A stretch of DNA of 40,706 bases, from positions 1 to 40,706 of the IMG/VR virus record IMGVR_UViG_3300036402_000115; one strand, written 5' to 3'. The notes beneath the pieces are model-generated. The model was not told where the DNA came from and ran no database searches. It was given only the letters and a program-made list of their open reading frames with translations. Positions 26,005-34,201 of the stretch are shown here, piece by piece. The translations under genes and the position numbers were made by a program. This stretch comes from a virus. Taxonomy: Duplodnaviria; Caudoviricetes. Each line of letters begins with the position of its first letter. The stretch's first letter is position 1.

Positions 26005-26411
26005 GCACATCCGATATGAGCCGTCTGCCGAAGAGGCGAGCAGTCGACAACACGATCCTGTTCACGCTGCCGGAGGACGCGCAGGCCAGCGAGCTTTTCG
26101 AATGGTGGATGCACACCTCGTTCGAGGACTTCGTGGCCACAGTGCCGAAGATGCTCGAGTATGGCGGCGGGGGGCAGGGGTCGGCGGACCTGCAGGTGAT
26201 GGGTGATGCGCAGGCCGAGCTTATCGGCATGCACTCCGCTCCGGATGCTGTGAAGCAGGAACTAGGCGTGTGGTTCTACACGCTCGGCAAGGTGTCCCGC
26301 CTGATCAGCGACTACAAGAACCAGAGGTCAGGAAAGGCGGACACCTGGTTCGATATCTCGATCTACGCGAAGATGGCCCGGCGGATTCAGGAGGTAGGCC
26401 GGTGGCCATGA
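26001..26411 (+). CDS. All-alpha NTP-pyrophosphatase-like protein (Nmad1/DUF1599-like)
   Basis: Pattern WW...PKMLEYG...GKVSRL...DTWFDISIYAKM (K..xYG / K..R / DT..D...Y). Confidence 0.65.
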   Translation: MSTSDMSRLPKRRAVDNTILFTLPEDAQASELFEWWMHTSFEDFVATVPKMLEYGGGGQGSADLQVMGDAQAELIGMHSAPDAVKQELGVWFYTLGKVSRLISDYKNQRSGKADTWFDISIYAKMARRIQEVGRWP

Positions 26412-26680
26412 CCGTTGGCAAGGTCCAGGTTCCGCTCGATCTGGAGTGGCGGATCCCGTGGGAGGGTGCGCTTGCAGAGGATGTTGAGCTGCAGGCGAAA
26501 GCGGCCGAGCGGTTGGTCACATACCTCGAAAAGGGGACGCTCCACTTCGGCAACACAGGTCAGCGTCGAGTTCGGCTGATCAAAGCCGAGGCAGTCGAAT
26601 TCGACCTGGCGGGTGAGCCGCCGGGTAGGCGATGGGGCATCTCCCTCAGCTTCGAGGCCGATATCGAGGTGCGGGTGTGA
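26408..26680 (+). CDS. Hypothetical protein (MTVGKVQVP...)
   Basis: ATGA/GTGA coupling and RBS GGAGGT. Confidence 0.65.
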   Translation: MTVGKVQVPLDLEWRIPWEGALAEDVELQAKAAERLVTYLEKGTLHFGNTGQRRVRLIKAEAVEFDLAGEPPGRRWGISLSFEADIEVRV

Positions 26681-27009
26681 GCCTGCGTCCACCCACCCAG
26701 GCGGAGATCAACCAGCGCAAGCAGGATGTGGAAGCCAAGGCCGCCGATCTGTGGGACAGACGGGGTCGGCGGTGCTCTAGTTGCAAGGCACGCGTCCTGT
26801 TCGTGATGAATGCCAATACTCGCAAGTGGCAGATCATCGACGCTGCACCCGACTGGAAGAAGGGCAATATCTCTCTCAGCGGGCAGGCCACCGCCACCAT
26901 CTTGGCCCACGTCCATCCGCTCGACCAGGTGAAGAGCAACCTGGCCGCCGGTGTTCCATACTACACCGACCATCACGCTACCTGCCCCAACGTGGAGCAG
27001 CACAGGTGA
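26677..27009 (+). CDS. Zn-finger protein
   Basis: Contains CSSCKARVLF...GNI...YTDHHATCP. Confidence 0.7.
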   Translation: MSLRPPTQAEINQRKQDVEAKAADLWDRRGRRCSSCKARVLFVMNANTRKWQIIDAAPDWKKGNISLSGQATATILAHVHPLDQVKSNLAAGVPYYTDHHATCPNVEQHR

Positions 27010-27443
27010 GACTCTACGTGGATGGCAGTTGCTACCCGAACCCGGGAGGGCCGGGCGGGTGGGCTGCTGTTCTTGTTAGGCCGACCGGCGAGGTGAACGC
27101 GTACTGCGGGCACCTGCCGGTCGGCACTAACAACCTGGCTGAGCTTGCCGCCGCGACGGAGGGGATCCGCCGGTGCCGCGGTATCGGTCCGCTCGTTGTC
27201 GTGTCAGACAGCGAGTATATCGTCAAGGGTATCTCCGTCTGGATGCCTAGCTGGGTCAGCAGGAAGTGGCATAAGGTTAAGAACGCCAAGCAGTGGCAAG
27301 AGCTTAAAGAAGCCGTTGACCGGCACGGTGCCGAGATCGAGTTCACCTGGGTTAAGGGCCACAACGGCGACACCTTCAATGAGCTTGCCGACCGTCTAGC
27401 TCTCGCGATGCGCGAGGGCATACCGTCACAGGAGAAGCCATGA
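27006..27443 (+). CDS. rnhA: Ribonuclease HI
   Basis: Contains LYVDGSCYPNPGGPGGW, TNNLAELAA, SDSEYIVKGI, VKN..QW and WVKGHNG...NELADRLA. Confidence 0.93.
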   Translation: MRLYVDGSCYPNPGGPGGWAAVLVRPTGEVNAYCGHLPVGTNNLAELAAATEGIRRCRGIGPLVVVSDSEYIVKGISVWMPSWVSRKWHKVKNAKQWQELKEAVDRHGAEIEFTWVKGHNGDTFNELADRLALAMREGIPSQEKP

Positions 27444-27949
27444 ACAACCAGCAGCGCACCATGACCATCTACCTGGCAGGACCGATCGACGACGTCAGCA
27501 TCGAGGAGGCTTGTGCCTGGCGCGACCAGGTGGCGAGCTTGGCCCCGGCCGGGTGTCTCTTGTTCAATCCCGTAGCTGCGTGGCAGGGTGTTAGCCCGTT
27601 GACTGCCGCGGCTGTCGCCTTCGGGGACCGTTGCGCCATCGTCAACTGCGACGGGGTGCTCGCGAACCTGGCCGGGCCTGGGCGTGCGTTCGGCACCATC
27701 CGGGAGATCGAGTTCGCCCGGAACCATGGGAAGCCGGTGGCGGTAGCCGCCGGTGAGAAGGCTCTGACGTCCTGTTTCGCCCACGACGTCTACCAGGAGG
27801 AGACCCTGGAAGAAGCGCTGATGGCGCTCATCCAGGCGATCCGCGAGAAGCAGGACACCCCACCGTTCGCTGGGATCCTGATCCAGATGGGCGAGCCGGG
27901 CGGGCCTCCGTTCGATCAGGGAGGGCAGGATGCCCACGACGGTGACTGA
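27440..27949 (+). CDS. Nucleoside 2-deoxyribosyltransferase / nucleotide N-hydrolase family protein
   Basis: Contains IYLAGPI...FNP...D..AIVNCDGVLANL...GTIREIEFARNHGKPV. Confidence 0.85.
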   Translation: MNNQQRTMTIYLAGPIDDVSIEEACAWRDQVASLAPAGCLLFNPVAAWQGVSPLTAAAVAFGDRCAIVNCDGVLANLAGPGRAFGTIREIEFARNHGKPVAVAAGEKALTSCFAHDVYQEETLEEALMALIQAIREKQDTPPFAGILIQMGEPGGPPFDQGGQDAHDGD

Positions 27950-28529
27950 GCACCCGCCGGTGATCGGGATCGACACTAACTCGTTCGGCTTTCATGTGGT
28001 CTCATCCAGGCCGATCCCGATGACCGGGTTGTCGTACCTGCCTGAGCCAAGCTGTCAGGGCTGGACACAGGCAAAGTCGAAGGACAGTTATGAGCGGTTG
28101 AGGGTCGCTCACGACGCTGCGCTCCGTTTCTTCGCTACGCTGCCCAGAGCAAGCTGCGTCTTCGTTGAGGAGGCGCTGATCCTGCCCAAGAACATCGAGA
28201 CGACCCGCAAGCTGGTGCTCATGACCGGGGTACTCTACGCTGCGTTCCTCGAGGCCCGGCCGGACGCCACCTGGTTCTGGGTGAACGTGTCGACGTGGCG
28301 GCGCGTGGTGCTGGCTCCGCCGAAGGGACAGTCCCCGCGCAACAAGGAAGGGTGGAAAGCGATGGCAGCTTACCACGTTCATAGCGGCTGGGCCTACCCA
28401 TCGTTCGACGCTCTCTCCAACTCCGATCTGTACAAGCTCTATGAGGACGAGCCTGACCTGTACGACGCGCATTGTCTGATGGAGTACGGGTGCAAGGTTC
28501 TGACGTCAGGGGAGGCGAGGATCCAGTGA
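27930..28529 (+). CDS. RuvC-like Holliday junction resolvase
   Basis: Contains VIGIDTNSFG, VFVEE, VNVSTWRRVV, K..WK and DLYDAHCL. Confidence 0.75.
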   Translation: MPTTVTEHPPVIGIDTNSFGFHVVSSRPIPMTGLSYLPEPSCQGWTQAKSKDSYERLRVAHDAALRFFATLPRASCVFVEEALILPKNIETTRKLVLMTGVLYAAFLEARPDATWFWVNVSTWRRVVLAPPKGQSPRNKEGWKAMAAYHVHSGWAYPSFDALSNSDLYKLYEDEPDLYDAHCLMEYGCKVLTSGEARIQ

Positions 28530-28897
28530 TTGAGGAGACGCTGACTGTCATCGGCGGGTTCTACCTTGCTTCCTCCGGTAGAGGGACCACAACGACAGCG
28601 GAAGCTCTCAAGGATGCTGAGAAGAGGTTCGCCGAGTCCACCCGCGCGGACGGTGACGGGTGGGAGCTTGCTAGGGTCGAGTATGGTGTCCGCATCTGCG
28701 CATCCGGCCCCGGTCGTTACAGGTACGTCGAGGCGACGTGCACCTATCACCGTGGGCACAGCCCGGCGGAAGACCTGGGTTCAGCCTTTCAGGCGGCTCT
28801 TGATGATGCCGTGGCTGCGATCTCGCAGGCTGCGTACCAGTGGGAAGAGGCGGGACGCAACGCGAGGGCGGCCGACCACGGGGCGCGCCGTGGATAG
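28526..28897 (+). CDS. Hypothetical protein
   Basis: RBS GGAGG and GTGA coupling. Confidence 0.6.
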   Translation: MIEETLTVIGGFYLASSGRGTTTTAEALKDAEKRFAESTRADGDGWELARVEYGVRICASGPGRYRYVEATCTYHRGHSPAEDLGSAFQAALDDAVAAISQAAYQWEEAGRNARAADHGARRG

Positions 28898-29075
28898 GAG
28901 CGCGGAGCGTGACCGGCTCGCAGAGATCGTCGATCGGCAGGATAAGGCTATCGATCAGGCGCTCGAGGCGTTCGCTCGTCTGGCGAAGACCGGCAGCTTG
29001 CGTAAGGACGTGAGGGAGGCCGCCCGTCAGCGGCTCCTCGAAGCTCGCAACGAGAGGATACAGACCGATGGATGA
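28890..29075 (+). CDS. Small helical hypothetical protein
   Basis: Overlapping start at GTG 28890. Reads VDRSAERDRLAEIVDRQD... Confidence 0.5.
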   Translation: MDRSAERDRLAEIVDRQDKAIDQALEAFARLAKTGSLRKDVREAARQRLLEARNERIQTDG

Positions 29076-29247
29076 GAACGAGGTTAGGGAGACCCTGATC
29101 GATCTGCGCCGGGTTTTCGGTGCCGAGGGTGTCACGGCTGCGCTCAATCAGGGCATGGTCGATTTCAGCCACAGGGGGGAGCTTGACCGGTACCTAGAGT
29201 GCCAGATGGCTTTGGCGCTCGTGGAGAAGCTGCCGGTGCCGTCGTGA
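29068..29247 (+). CDS. 59-aa hypothetical protein (MDENEVRETLIDL...); not in the ORF track
   Basis: RBS GAGG. Overlaps both neighbours and fills the gap. Confidence 0.55.
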   Translation: MDENEVRETLIDLRRVFGAEGVTAALNQGMVDFSHRGELDRYLECQMALALVEKLPVPS

Positions 29248-29381
29248 CCTGGCGCGAGAAGGTCGTCGTCCAGATCTTGCTGATCGTCGCGAGGATGCTG
29301 TCCGATGACGCGGTGCTCGAGCAGGATATCAAGAACCTGGCCACCCATATCTCGGTGCACGCGCCGAAGGTGGGTCCCTGA
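29244..29381 (+). CDS. Small hypothetical protein
   Basis: GTGA and TGATG coupling. Confidence 0.5.
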   Translation: MTWREKVVVQILLIVARMLSDDAVLEQDIKNLATHISVHAPKVGP

Positions 29382-29692
29382 TGCTGCGGCTGTCATGTGG
29401 CCATGAGGTCTCCGGCCCGTTCGTTGTCGCTAGCGGGTACTGTCCCACCTGTGGGGCGTACGCGACGGTGCTCGAATCCGAGGAGAACCCGGATACCATT
29501 GAGGTGCTCGACGATGGGAAGCTGCTCCACATGCCAGGCCGTCCCGGTTACACTCTTTGCGGGGTGCACGCGGAAGAAATGAAGAGAGACAAGCGTCCGG
29601 TGAATTGGGCCGGGGTGTGGTGCACCGGGTGTATGCTGACCGCGGTGGGGCCTCGCCGTCCGTGCCCGCCCCGGGGGGTGAGCCAGCGATGA
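29381..29692 (+). CDS. Cys-rich hypothetical protein
   Basis: Contains LSCGH, CPTCG, TLCG and CTGC. Coupled to neighbours. Confidence 0.6.
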   Translation: MLRLSCGHEVSGPFVVASGYCPTCGAYATVLESEENPDTIEVLDDGKLLHMPGRPGYTLCGVHAEEMKRDKRPVNWAGVWCTGCMLTAVGPRRPCPPRGVSQR

Positions 29693-30042
29693 GCGTGCAC
29701 CGGCTTGAGGTGCTGTCCGAGGTTATCTCGGAGTGCAACCGCCAGGACGCGAAGTGGGGCGAGCAGGACCACCCGGACGGCACCGGCGGAGCGTGGAACG
29801 AGCAACGCGCGTACCACCTACGCGAGGAGTGCGAGGAAGCATTCACCCTAGGACGCGGAACGTGGGCGCACATCTTCGCCGAGGAGGCCGCCGAGGCGCT
29901 GGCGGAGACGAGCCAGGATCGTCTCTATGAGGAGCTGGTCCAGGTTGCCGCCGTCGCCACTCAGTGGGCGGAGGCGATCAAGCGCCGCCAGACCCGGCGC
30001 GTGTTGCCGGGCTCGGTAGACCAGGATAAGGGAGGATCCTGA
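29689..30042 (+). CDS. MazG-like nucleotide pyrophosphohydrolase
   Basis: Contains RQDAKWGEQDHPDGTG...TWAHIFAEEAAEA...LYEELVQVAAVATQW (EExxE...EExxQ). Confidence 0.78.
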   Translation: MSVHRLEVLSEVISECNRQDAKWGEQDHPDGTGGAWNEQRAYHLREECEEAFTLGRGTWAHIFAEEAAEALAETSQDRLYEELVQVAAVATQWAEAIKRRQTRRVLPGSVDQDKGGS

Positions 30043-30347
30043 TGGGTAACGAGGAGCGCGTCCAACAGCTAGACGCCACGCTGGACTCGCTCGAGGCGAT
30101 CCTGTTCGGCGATGTGCACAGCCGATCGCGTGACGAGATGGAGCGGCGCGCTTCGGAGCTTGTCCAGCAACGAGAGGCGCTGCTCCCGTTCATCGCTGGG
30201 CCTCGTTGGCTTTCCATCGGTTCCCACAACAACACGGCCGAGGTCCGCGTCAGCGCTGAGGTGTTTAACCGTGCCCGTGCTGTCCTTGGGCGAATGGGCG
30301 AATCGCGACCTGTGATAGACTCTGAGGATCCGGTGCAGCGCCTCTGA
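30042..30347 (+). CDS. Hypothetical protein
   Basis: RBS GGAGG and TGATG coupling. Last gene of the early operon. Confidence 0.65.
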   Translation: MGNEERVQQLDATLDSLEAILFGDVHSRSRDEMERRASELVQQREALLPFIAGPRWLSIGSHNNTAEVRVSAEVFNRARAVLGRMGESRPVIDSEDPVQRL

Positions 30348-30367
30348 CGGTAGGCTGCGCGCCGGTA

Positions 30368-30407
30368 GGGGGTGGGGTGTCGTCTGGCTTGCCGACGTCC
30401 CACCCCC
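30368..30407 (+). terminator. Hairpin ending the early operon
   Basis: GGGGGTGGGGTGTCG...CGACGTCCCACCCCC. Confidence 0.55.
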
Positions 30408-30479
30408 AACTACTGTTAGAGGTGCGGCAGGCGGGACAGTTCATAGCGGTCTATCCGCTCCGTCAGGTACACTCCCCGG

Positions 30480-30722
30480 GTGGACGCAGAGACTAGGCAT
30501 CAGCTGAGGATGGAGATCGACCGCCGTCGCCGTGCCAAGCAGGGTCTTCCCGAAGCTCCGCCGCCCCGTACCGACGCCGGATGCCGAGAGATCCTGGGTG
30601 TGTTCTCCCCGCGGTGCGGACAGCCGTGTGGGGCCACCACCAAGGGAGCCTCTGGCCTCTGTGGTACCCATCTGATGCAGCGAGCGCAGACCAAACGCCA
30701 TCAGCCGGTGGCCCATGACTGA
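30480..30722 (+). CDS. Hypothetical Cys/His protein, probably leaderless
   Basis: TACACT (-10-like) ends 6 nt before GTG. Contains C...C...LCGTH. Confidence 0.6.
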   Translation: MDAETRHQLRMEIDRRRRAKQGLPEAPPPRTDAGCREILGVFSPRCGQPCGATTKGASGLCGTHLMQRAQTKRHQPVAHD

Positions 30723-30981
30723 ACAGATGGCCCAGCTGCAGGCTGATCTCCGCGAGCTGAACACCAAGATCGTGCGCTGCTTCTGGCCGTCCTACAATCC
30801 CGATGCATCGAGGGTGTCGAATGAGCGAGTGGGCATGGTGGATCAAGCTTCAAGCGCGGTGGTACAGGCTGAGGTACGCCCCATAAGAATGTCGTGGGAC
30901 CTTAACCGTTGGGAACGAGCTTGGTGGCACCTACGCTGCGGCCGTGTCCGGCTCGCATGGGTGGTGCTCCGCCATGGCTGA
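30715..30981 (+). CDS. Hypothetical protein
   Basis: 8-nt overlaps with both neighbours. Confidence 0.55.
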   Translation: MTEQMAQLQADLRELNTKIVRCFWPSYNPDASRVSNERVGMVDQASSAVVQAEVRPIRMSWDLNRWERAWWHLRCGRVRLAWVVLRHG

Positions 30982-31141
30982 CTATATCGGCATCGGCAAG
31001 GAGACTGTCACGGAGAACGAGGGCTACGCCCGGTGCCACGAGTGCGGCGAGATCAAAGCCGACCCGCACGATTTCTACGACGGTCTGATCTGTACCCTCT
31101 GTGTCGAGGCCAGACAGGACAAGGAGACTGACGATGGCTGA
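30974..31141 (+). CDS. Small Zn-ribbon protein (MADYIGIG...)
   Basis: Contains CHECG...ICTLC. Overlap coupling. Confidence 0.6.
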   Translation: MADYIGIGKETVTENEGYARCHECGEIKADPHDFYDGLICTLCVEARQDKETDDG

Positions 31142-31679
31142 GGCCCGCGCCTGGTACCGCCGCAAGAATGAGACCCTCCAAGCATATGAGGCGTTCAGTG
31201 CGTACCTGACACAGGGGCCGGACCGCAGCCAGGAACGGGTTAGCCAGCAGCTAGGTAAAAGTAGGCAGCTGATCAGCCGGTGGAGTGCCCGACATGACTG
31301 GGTTGTCCGGGTGTCCGCCTACGAGGAGCAGTTCGCGCTCAAGGTGCTGGACGCGACCGAGGACGAGCGGATCGAGTTGATGCGCGAACATATGCAGTTC
31401 GCCAGTATGCTGCTCAAGAAGTCGCGTGCTCGGCTCGAGGCTCTGGCTGACGAGGTGAGTACAAACCCGGTGGAGCAGGTGGTCGGTGAGAAGACTGGTG
31501 CCTACCCGACTGTCGATCAGGCTCTCCGTGCTGGCGATCTCGCGGTGAAGGTTGGGCGGCTGGCTACCGGTCTGGACGGCAAGTACGTCCCCCAGGCGCA
31601 TGGCACCACCGACGTCTCTAACCTGAGCGAGGAAGAGCTGGAAACCTTGGAACAGCTGCTCGACAAGGCGAAATCTTGA
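31134..31679 (+). CDS. Putative terminase small subunit
   Basis: RBS AAGGAG. HTH pattern WYRRKNET..AYEAF..Y...GPDRS...ISRWSARHDWV.RV.AY. C-terminal DVSNLSEEELETL. Confidence 0.75.
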   Translation: MAEARAWYRRKNETLQAYEAFSAYLTQGPDRSQERVSQQLGKSRQLISRWSARHDWVVRVSAYEEQFALKVLDATEDERIELMREHMQFASMLLKKSRARLEALADEVSTNPVEQVVGEKTGAYPTVDQALRAGDLAVKVGRLATGLDGKYVPQAHGTTDVSNLSEEELETLEQLLDKAKS

Positions 31680-31686
31680 GTGGCGA

Positions 31687-33042
31687 ATGCCCGACCAGGT
31701 AATCAACCGGCGGAACGATCTGCCCACCCTGTTCCGTGACGTCGGCGGCGGGGTGTACACCGAGATCAGCCACGTGGTGATGCGCGGCTGGAACACCGAT
31801 ACGCTCGACTCGCAGATGCTCAAGGTTGACCCGGTCACCGGCGGCCTAGTGGTCGCCGGTCTCACAGGGGGAGGCGGGGTTGTCGGCGGGCTGACCAACA
31901 CCGAGCTTCGTGCGGTGCCTGTTCCGGTCAGTGGTCCGCTGACTGACGCGCAGATCAGGGCGGTAGCTCTTCCGGTGAGCGGCCCGTTGACCGATGCCCA
32001 GCTGAGAGCAGCCGCGGTGCCGGTCAGTATCGCAGCGGTTCCTCTCCCCGCGGGGGCGGCCACGGAGGCCACGCTGGCCGCGGTACGCGACCGGCTACCG
32101 GCGGCGCTCGACGTAGACGGCGGGGTTAAAGTCCACGTTGGCAACCTGGCTGCCACCCAGGCGATCTCGGCGGTGAGCTTGCCGCTTCCCGCCGGGGCAA
32201 CCACCGAGGCCACTCTCTCAGGTTTATCGGCGAAGCTCCCCGCTGCTCTGGTCGGTGGCCGGTTGAGCGTAGACGTCGGCGCATCGGTGACAGTGCCCGT
32301 GTCCGGGACGTTCTGGCAGCTAACCCAGCCGGTCTCAGTGGCGACCTTGCCGCTCCCGGCTGGTGCTGCGACCGAGGCTACGCTGGCCGGGCTGTCCGCG
32401 AAGCTCCCCACTGCTCTTGTCGCAGGTAGTTTGCCGATCGACCTGGACAGTATCGCTGGGGTGCCGCTCGCAGCGGTGGCTCTCCCGGCCAACGCAGCCG
32501 GTCAGACCGCGGTACCGGTCACCTCTAACGCGATCCAGTATGCGACCTATAAGATCTCGGCTAGGGCACAGACCACCGGCGCGCTGGTAGCCAACACCGC
32601 GAAGCAGATCTTGAGCCTCGAGCATGCGGCCACCGCCACTAAGCGGGTTAGAGTTCGAAGGATCATGCTGGCTGGGTATGGGACAGACGCCGTGCTCGGC
32701 ATGGTCGATGTTCAGCTGACGCGAGGGGTGGCGGCCAGCACCGCGGGGACAGCTATCGTCCCGGGGCCAGCGGTGGCCAGTGACCCGGCGGCAGAGGTGG
32801 TCGCCAAGGCGCTACCGACGATCGTAGCAGCGACCGTGGTCGGCAACCTGCCGTGGGGAGTTAAGGCGGCGGTTGCGAACGCGGCTCTTCCGACGTCGGT
32901 GGTGTACGACTGGCAGGAGTCGGGGGAGACCAAGGCGTTGCAGCTTCGACCGGGGGTGCTCGAGTCGCTGGTTATCAGCTTGATCAGTAACGCAGCGAAC
33001 ACGATCATCCACACGATCGAAGTCACGGTCACCGAGGACTAG
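31687..33042 (+). CDS. Repeat-rich fibre/decoration-like structural protein
   Basis: Repeats PVSGPLTDAQ(I/L)RA and (L/V)PLPAGA(A/T)TEATL. Beta-rich C-terminal domain. Confidence 0.7.
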   Translation: MPDQVINRRNDLPTLFRDVGGGVYTEISHVVMRGWNTDTLDSQMLKVDPVTGGLVVAGLTGGGGVVGGLTNTELRAVPVPVSGPLTDAQIRAVALPVSGPLTDAQLRAAAVPVSIAAVPLPAGAATEATLAAVRDRLPAALDVDGGVKVHVGNLAATQAISAVSLPLPAGATTEATLSGLSAKLPAALVGGRLSVDVGASVTVPVSGTFWQLTQPVSVATLPLPAGAATEATLAGLSAKLPTALVAGSLPIDLDSIAGVPLAAVALPANAAGQTAVPVTSNAIQYATYKISARAQTTGALVANTAKQILSLEHAATATKRVRVRRIMLAGYGTDAVLGMVDVQLTRGVAASTAGTAIVPGPAVASDPAAEVVAKALPTIVAATVVGNLPWGVKAAVANAALPTSVVYDWQESGETKALQLRPGVLESLVISLISNAANTIIHTIEVTVTED

Positions 33043-33054
33043 GGAGACGGAACC

Positions 33055-33207
33055 ATGGAGAGGTTCGAGGTGCGGCCGGTGCAGATGTTCGACGTGGTGG
33101 ACACGTCAAGGCAAGAGGGGGATCAGATCGTTCTGAACACGCGGGACAAGGACGAAGCTGATCGGGTGTGCGAGGAGCATAACGCTCATTATGCGGACGG
33201 GGAGTAG
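33055..33207 (+). CDS. 50-aa hypothetical protein (MERFEVRPVQ...); not in the ORF track
   Basis: RBS GGGAG. Fills the gap exactly. Confidence 0.6.
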   Translation: MERFEVRPVQMFDVVDTSRQEGDQIVLNTRDKDEADRVCEEHNAHYADGE

Positions 33208-33210
33208 GTC

Positions 33211-33414
33211 ATGGATTACCAGCTGTTGAGCGACGACGAGAAGGACAAGATCTACCAGCAGACGGTGCACAACCTCGAGGCGGAGCACTTCTCGGCTGGG
33301 CTGGCGCTCCGCCGCGCGGAAGCGACTGGCAACGTTGTCGAGATCGATGCGTGGACGGCGCGGCTGGCGGATCTCGAGAAGCAGCACGCCGAGCTGGTCG
33401 GCGGTAAGCGGTAA
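33211..33414 (+). CDS. Small helical protein
   Basis: RBS GGGGAG. Reads YQLLSDDEK..I......LEAEHF. Confidence 0.68.
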   Translation: MDYQLLSDDEKDKIYQQTVHNLEAEHFSAGLALRRAEATGNVVEIDAWTARLADLEKQHAELVGGKR

Positions 33415-33641
33415 TGCTCCAGGTGGAGATCAGGTCGACCGCGACCTGTTGCCCGGAGTGCGGGGCAGGCAAGCTGATGCTCCTGCCGCGGAACAACGAG
33501 AGCCTTTCGGTCGATCTGGTGGAGCTGCTGGGGCCAGAACCCGGGCCGATGCGTCCGCTGGCGAGGAAAGCCCACCGGCGGCTCCGGAGCCATATCCTCG
33601 ACGCTGCGGCCCAGGTCAAAGAGGAGACCGCTAAGCTGTGA
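33414..33641 (+). CDS. Small Zn-ribbon protein
   Basis: TAATG coupling. Contains CPECG. Confidence 0.6.
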   Translation: MLQVEIRSTATCCPECGAGKLMLLPRNNESLSVDLVELLGPEPGPMRPLARKAHRRLRSHILDAAAQVKEETAKL

Positions 33642-33811
33642 GGCGGCGCTGGCGTAGGTGGCGGAACTGGCAGCGGTCGAGGCTGGTGCCGGTGTTCGTG
33701 TTCACACCGGGTACCACCATCGTGGCTGCGGGGCTGCGCAGTTCGAGAACCGGCGGGAGGGTCGAGCTTGTCGAGCGGACAGCCAGCCTGTTCTAACCCT
33801 CCCCTGCGGTG

Positions 33812-34111
33812 TTACGCGTGGGTCAGTCGAGCGCGGGAGCTTTGCCTGCCCGCTCGTGGCCGAGGCCGGGTCTTCTCTTCCCGGCGCTCGATGCTGGCCT
33901 TGCGCAACGCTAGGTGGTGCTCCCATCCTTGGGCTTCAATCCGGGCCAGAGCTTCGTCAGCCGTGTACTGGCGGAGCCTGCCCGGGTTGTCGAGGCCGAG
34001 GTGCGCGCAGATCAGGTCTGTCATGTACCGGGCGTCGAACCCTTGCTTGAATCCACCGTCGTCGTTGGTGTACTCGGGCGGGATCTCGTCTATCGGGATG
34101 CGTCTTGCCAT
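33812..34111 (-). CDS. FxxGxDAR-motif protein, paralog of 13802..14311 (MARRIPIDEIPPEY...)
   Basis: RBS AAGGAGGT before ATG 34111. Aligns without gaps to the 14311 protein. Confidence 0.8.
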   Translation of the reverse strand: MARRIPIDEIPPEYTNDDGGFKQGFDARYMTDLICAHLGLDNPGRLRQYTADEALARIEAQGWEHHLALRKASIERREEKTRPRPRAGRQSSRARLTHA

Positions 34112-34201
34112 GTTTGTCACCTCCTTTGCCATCCTGGTTCCTAACAGGAATGAAAGCACATGGGGCATTCCCCGTGTAGTCCGGCAGAAGGTTAGCTAGT
34201 C

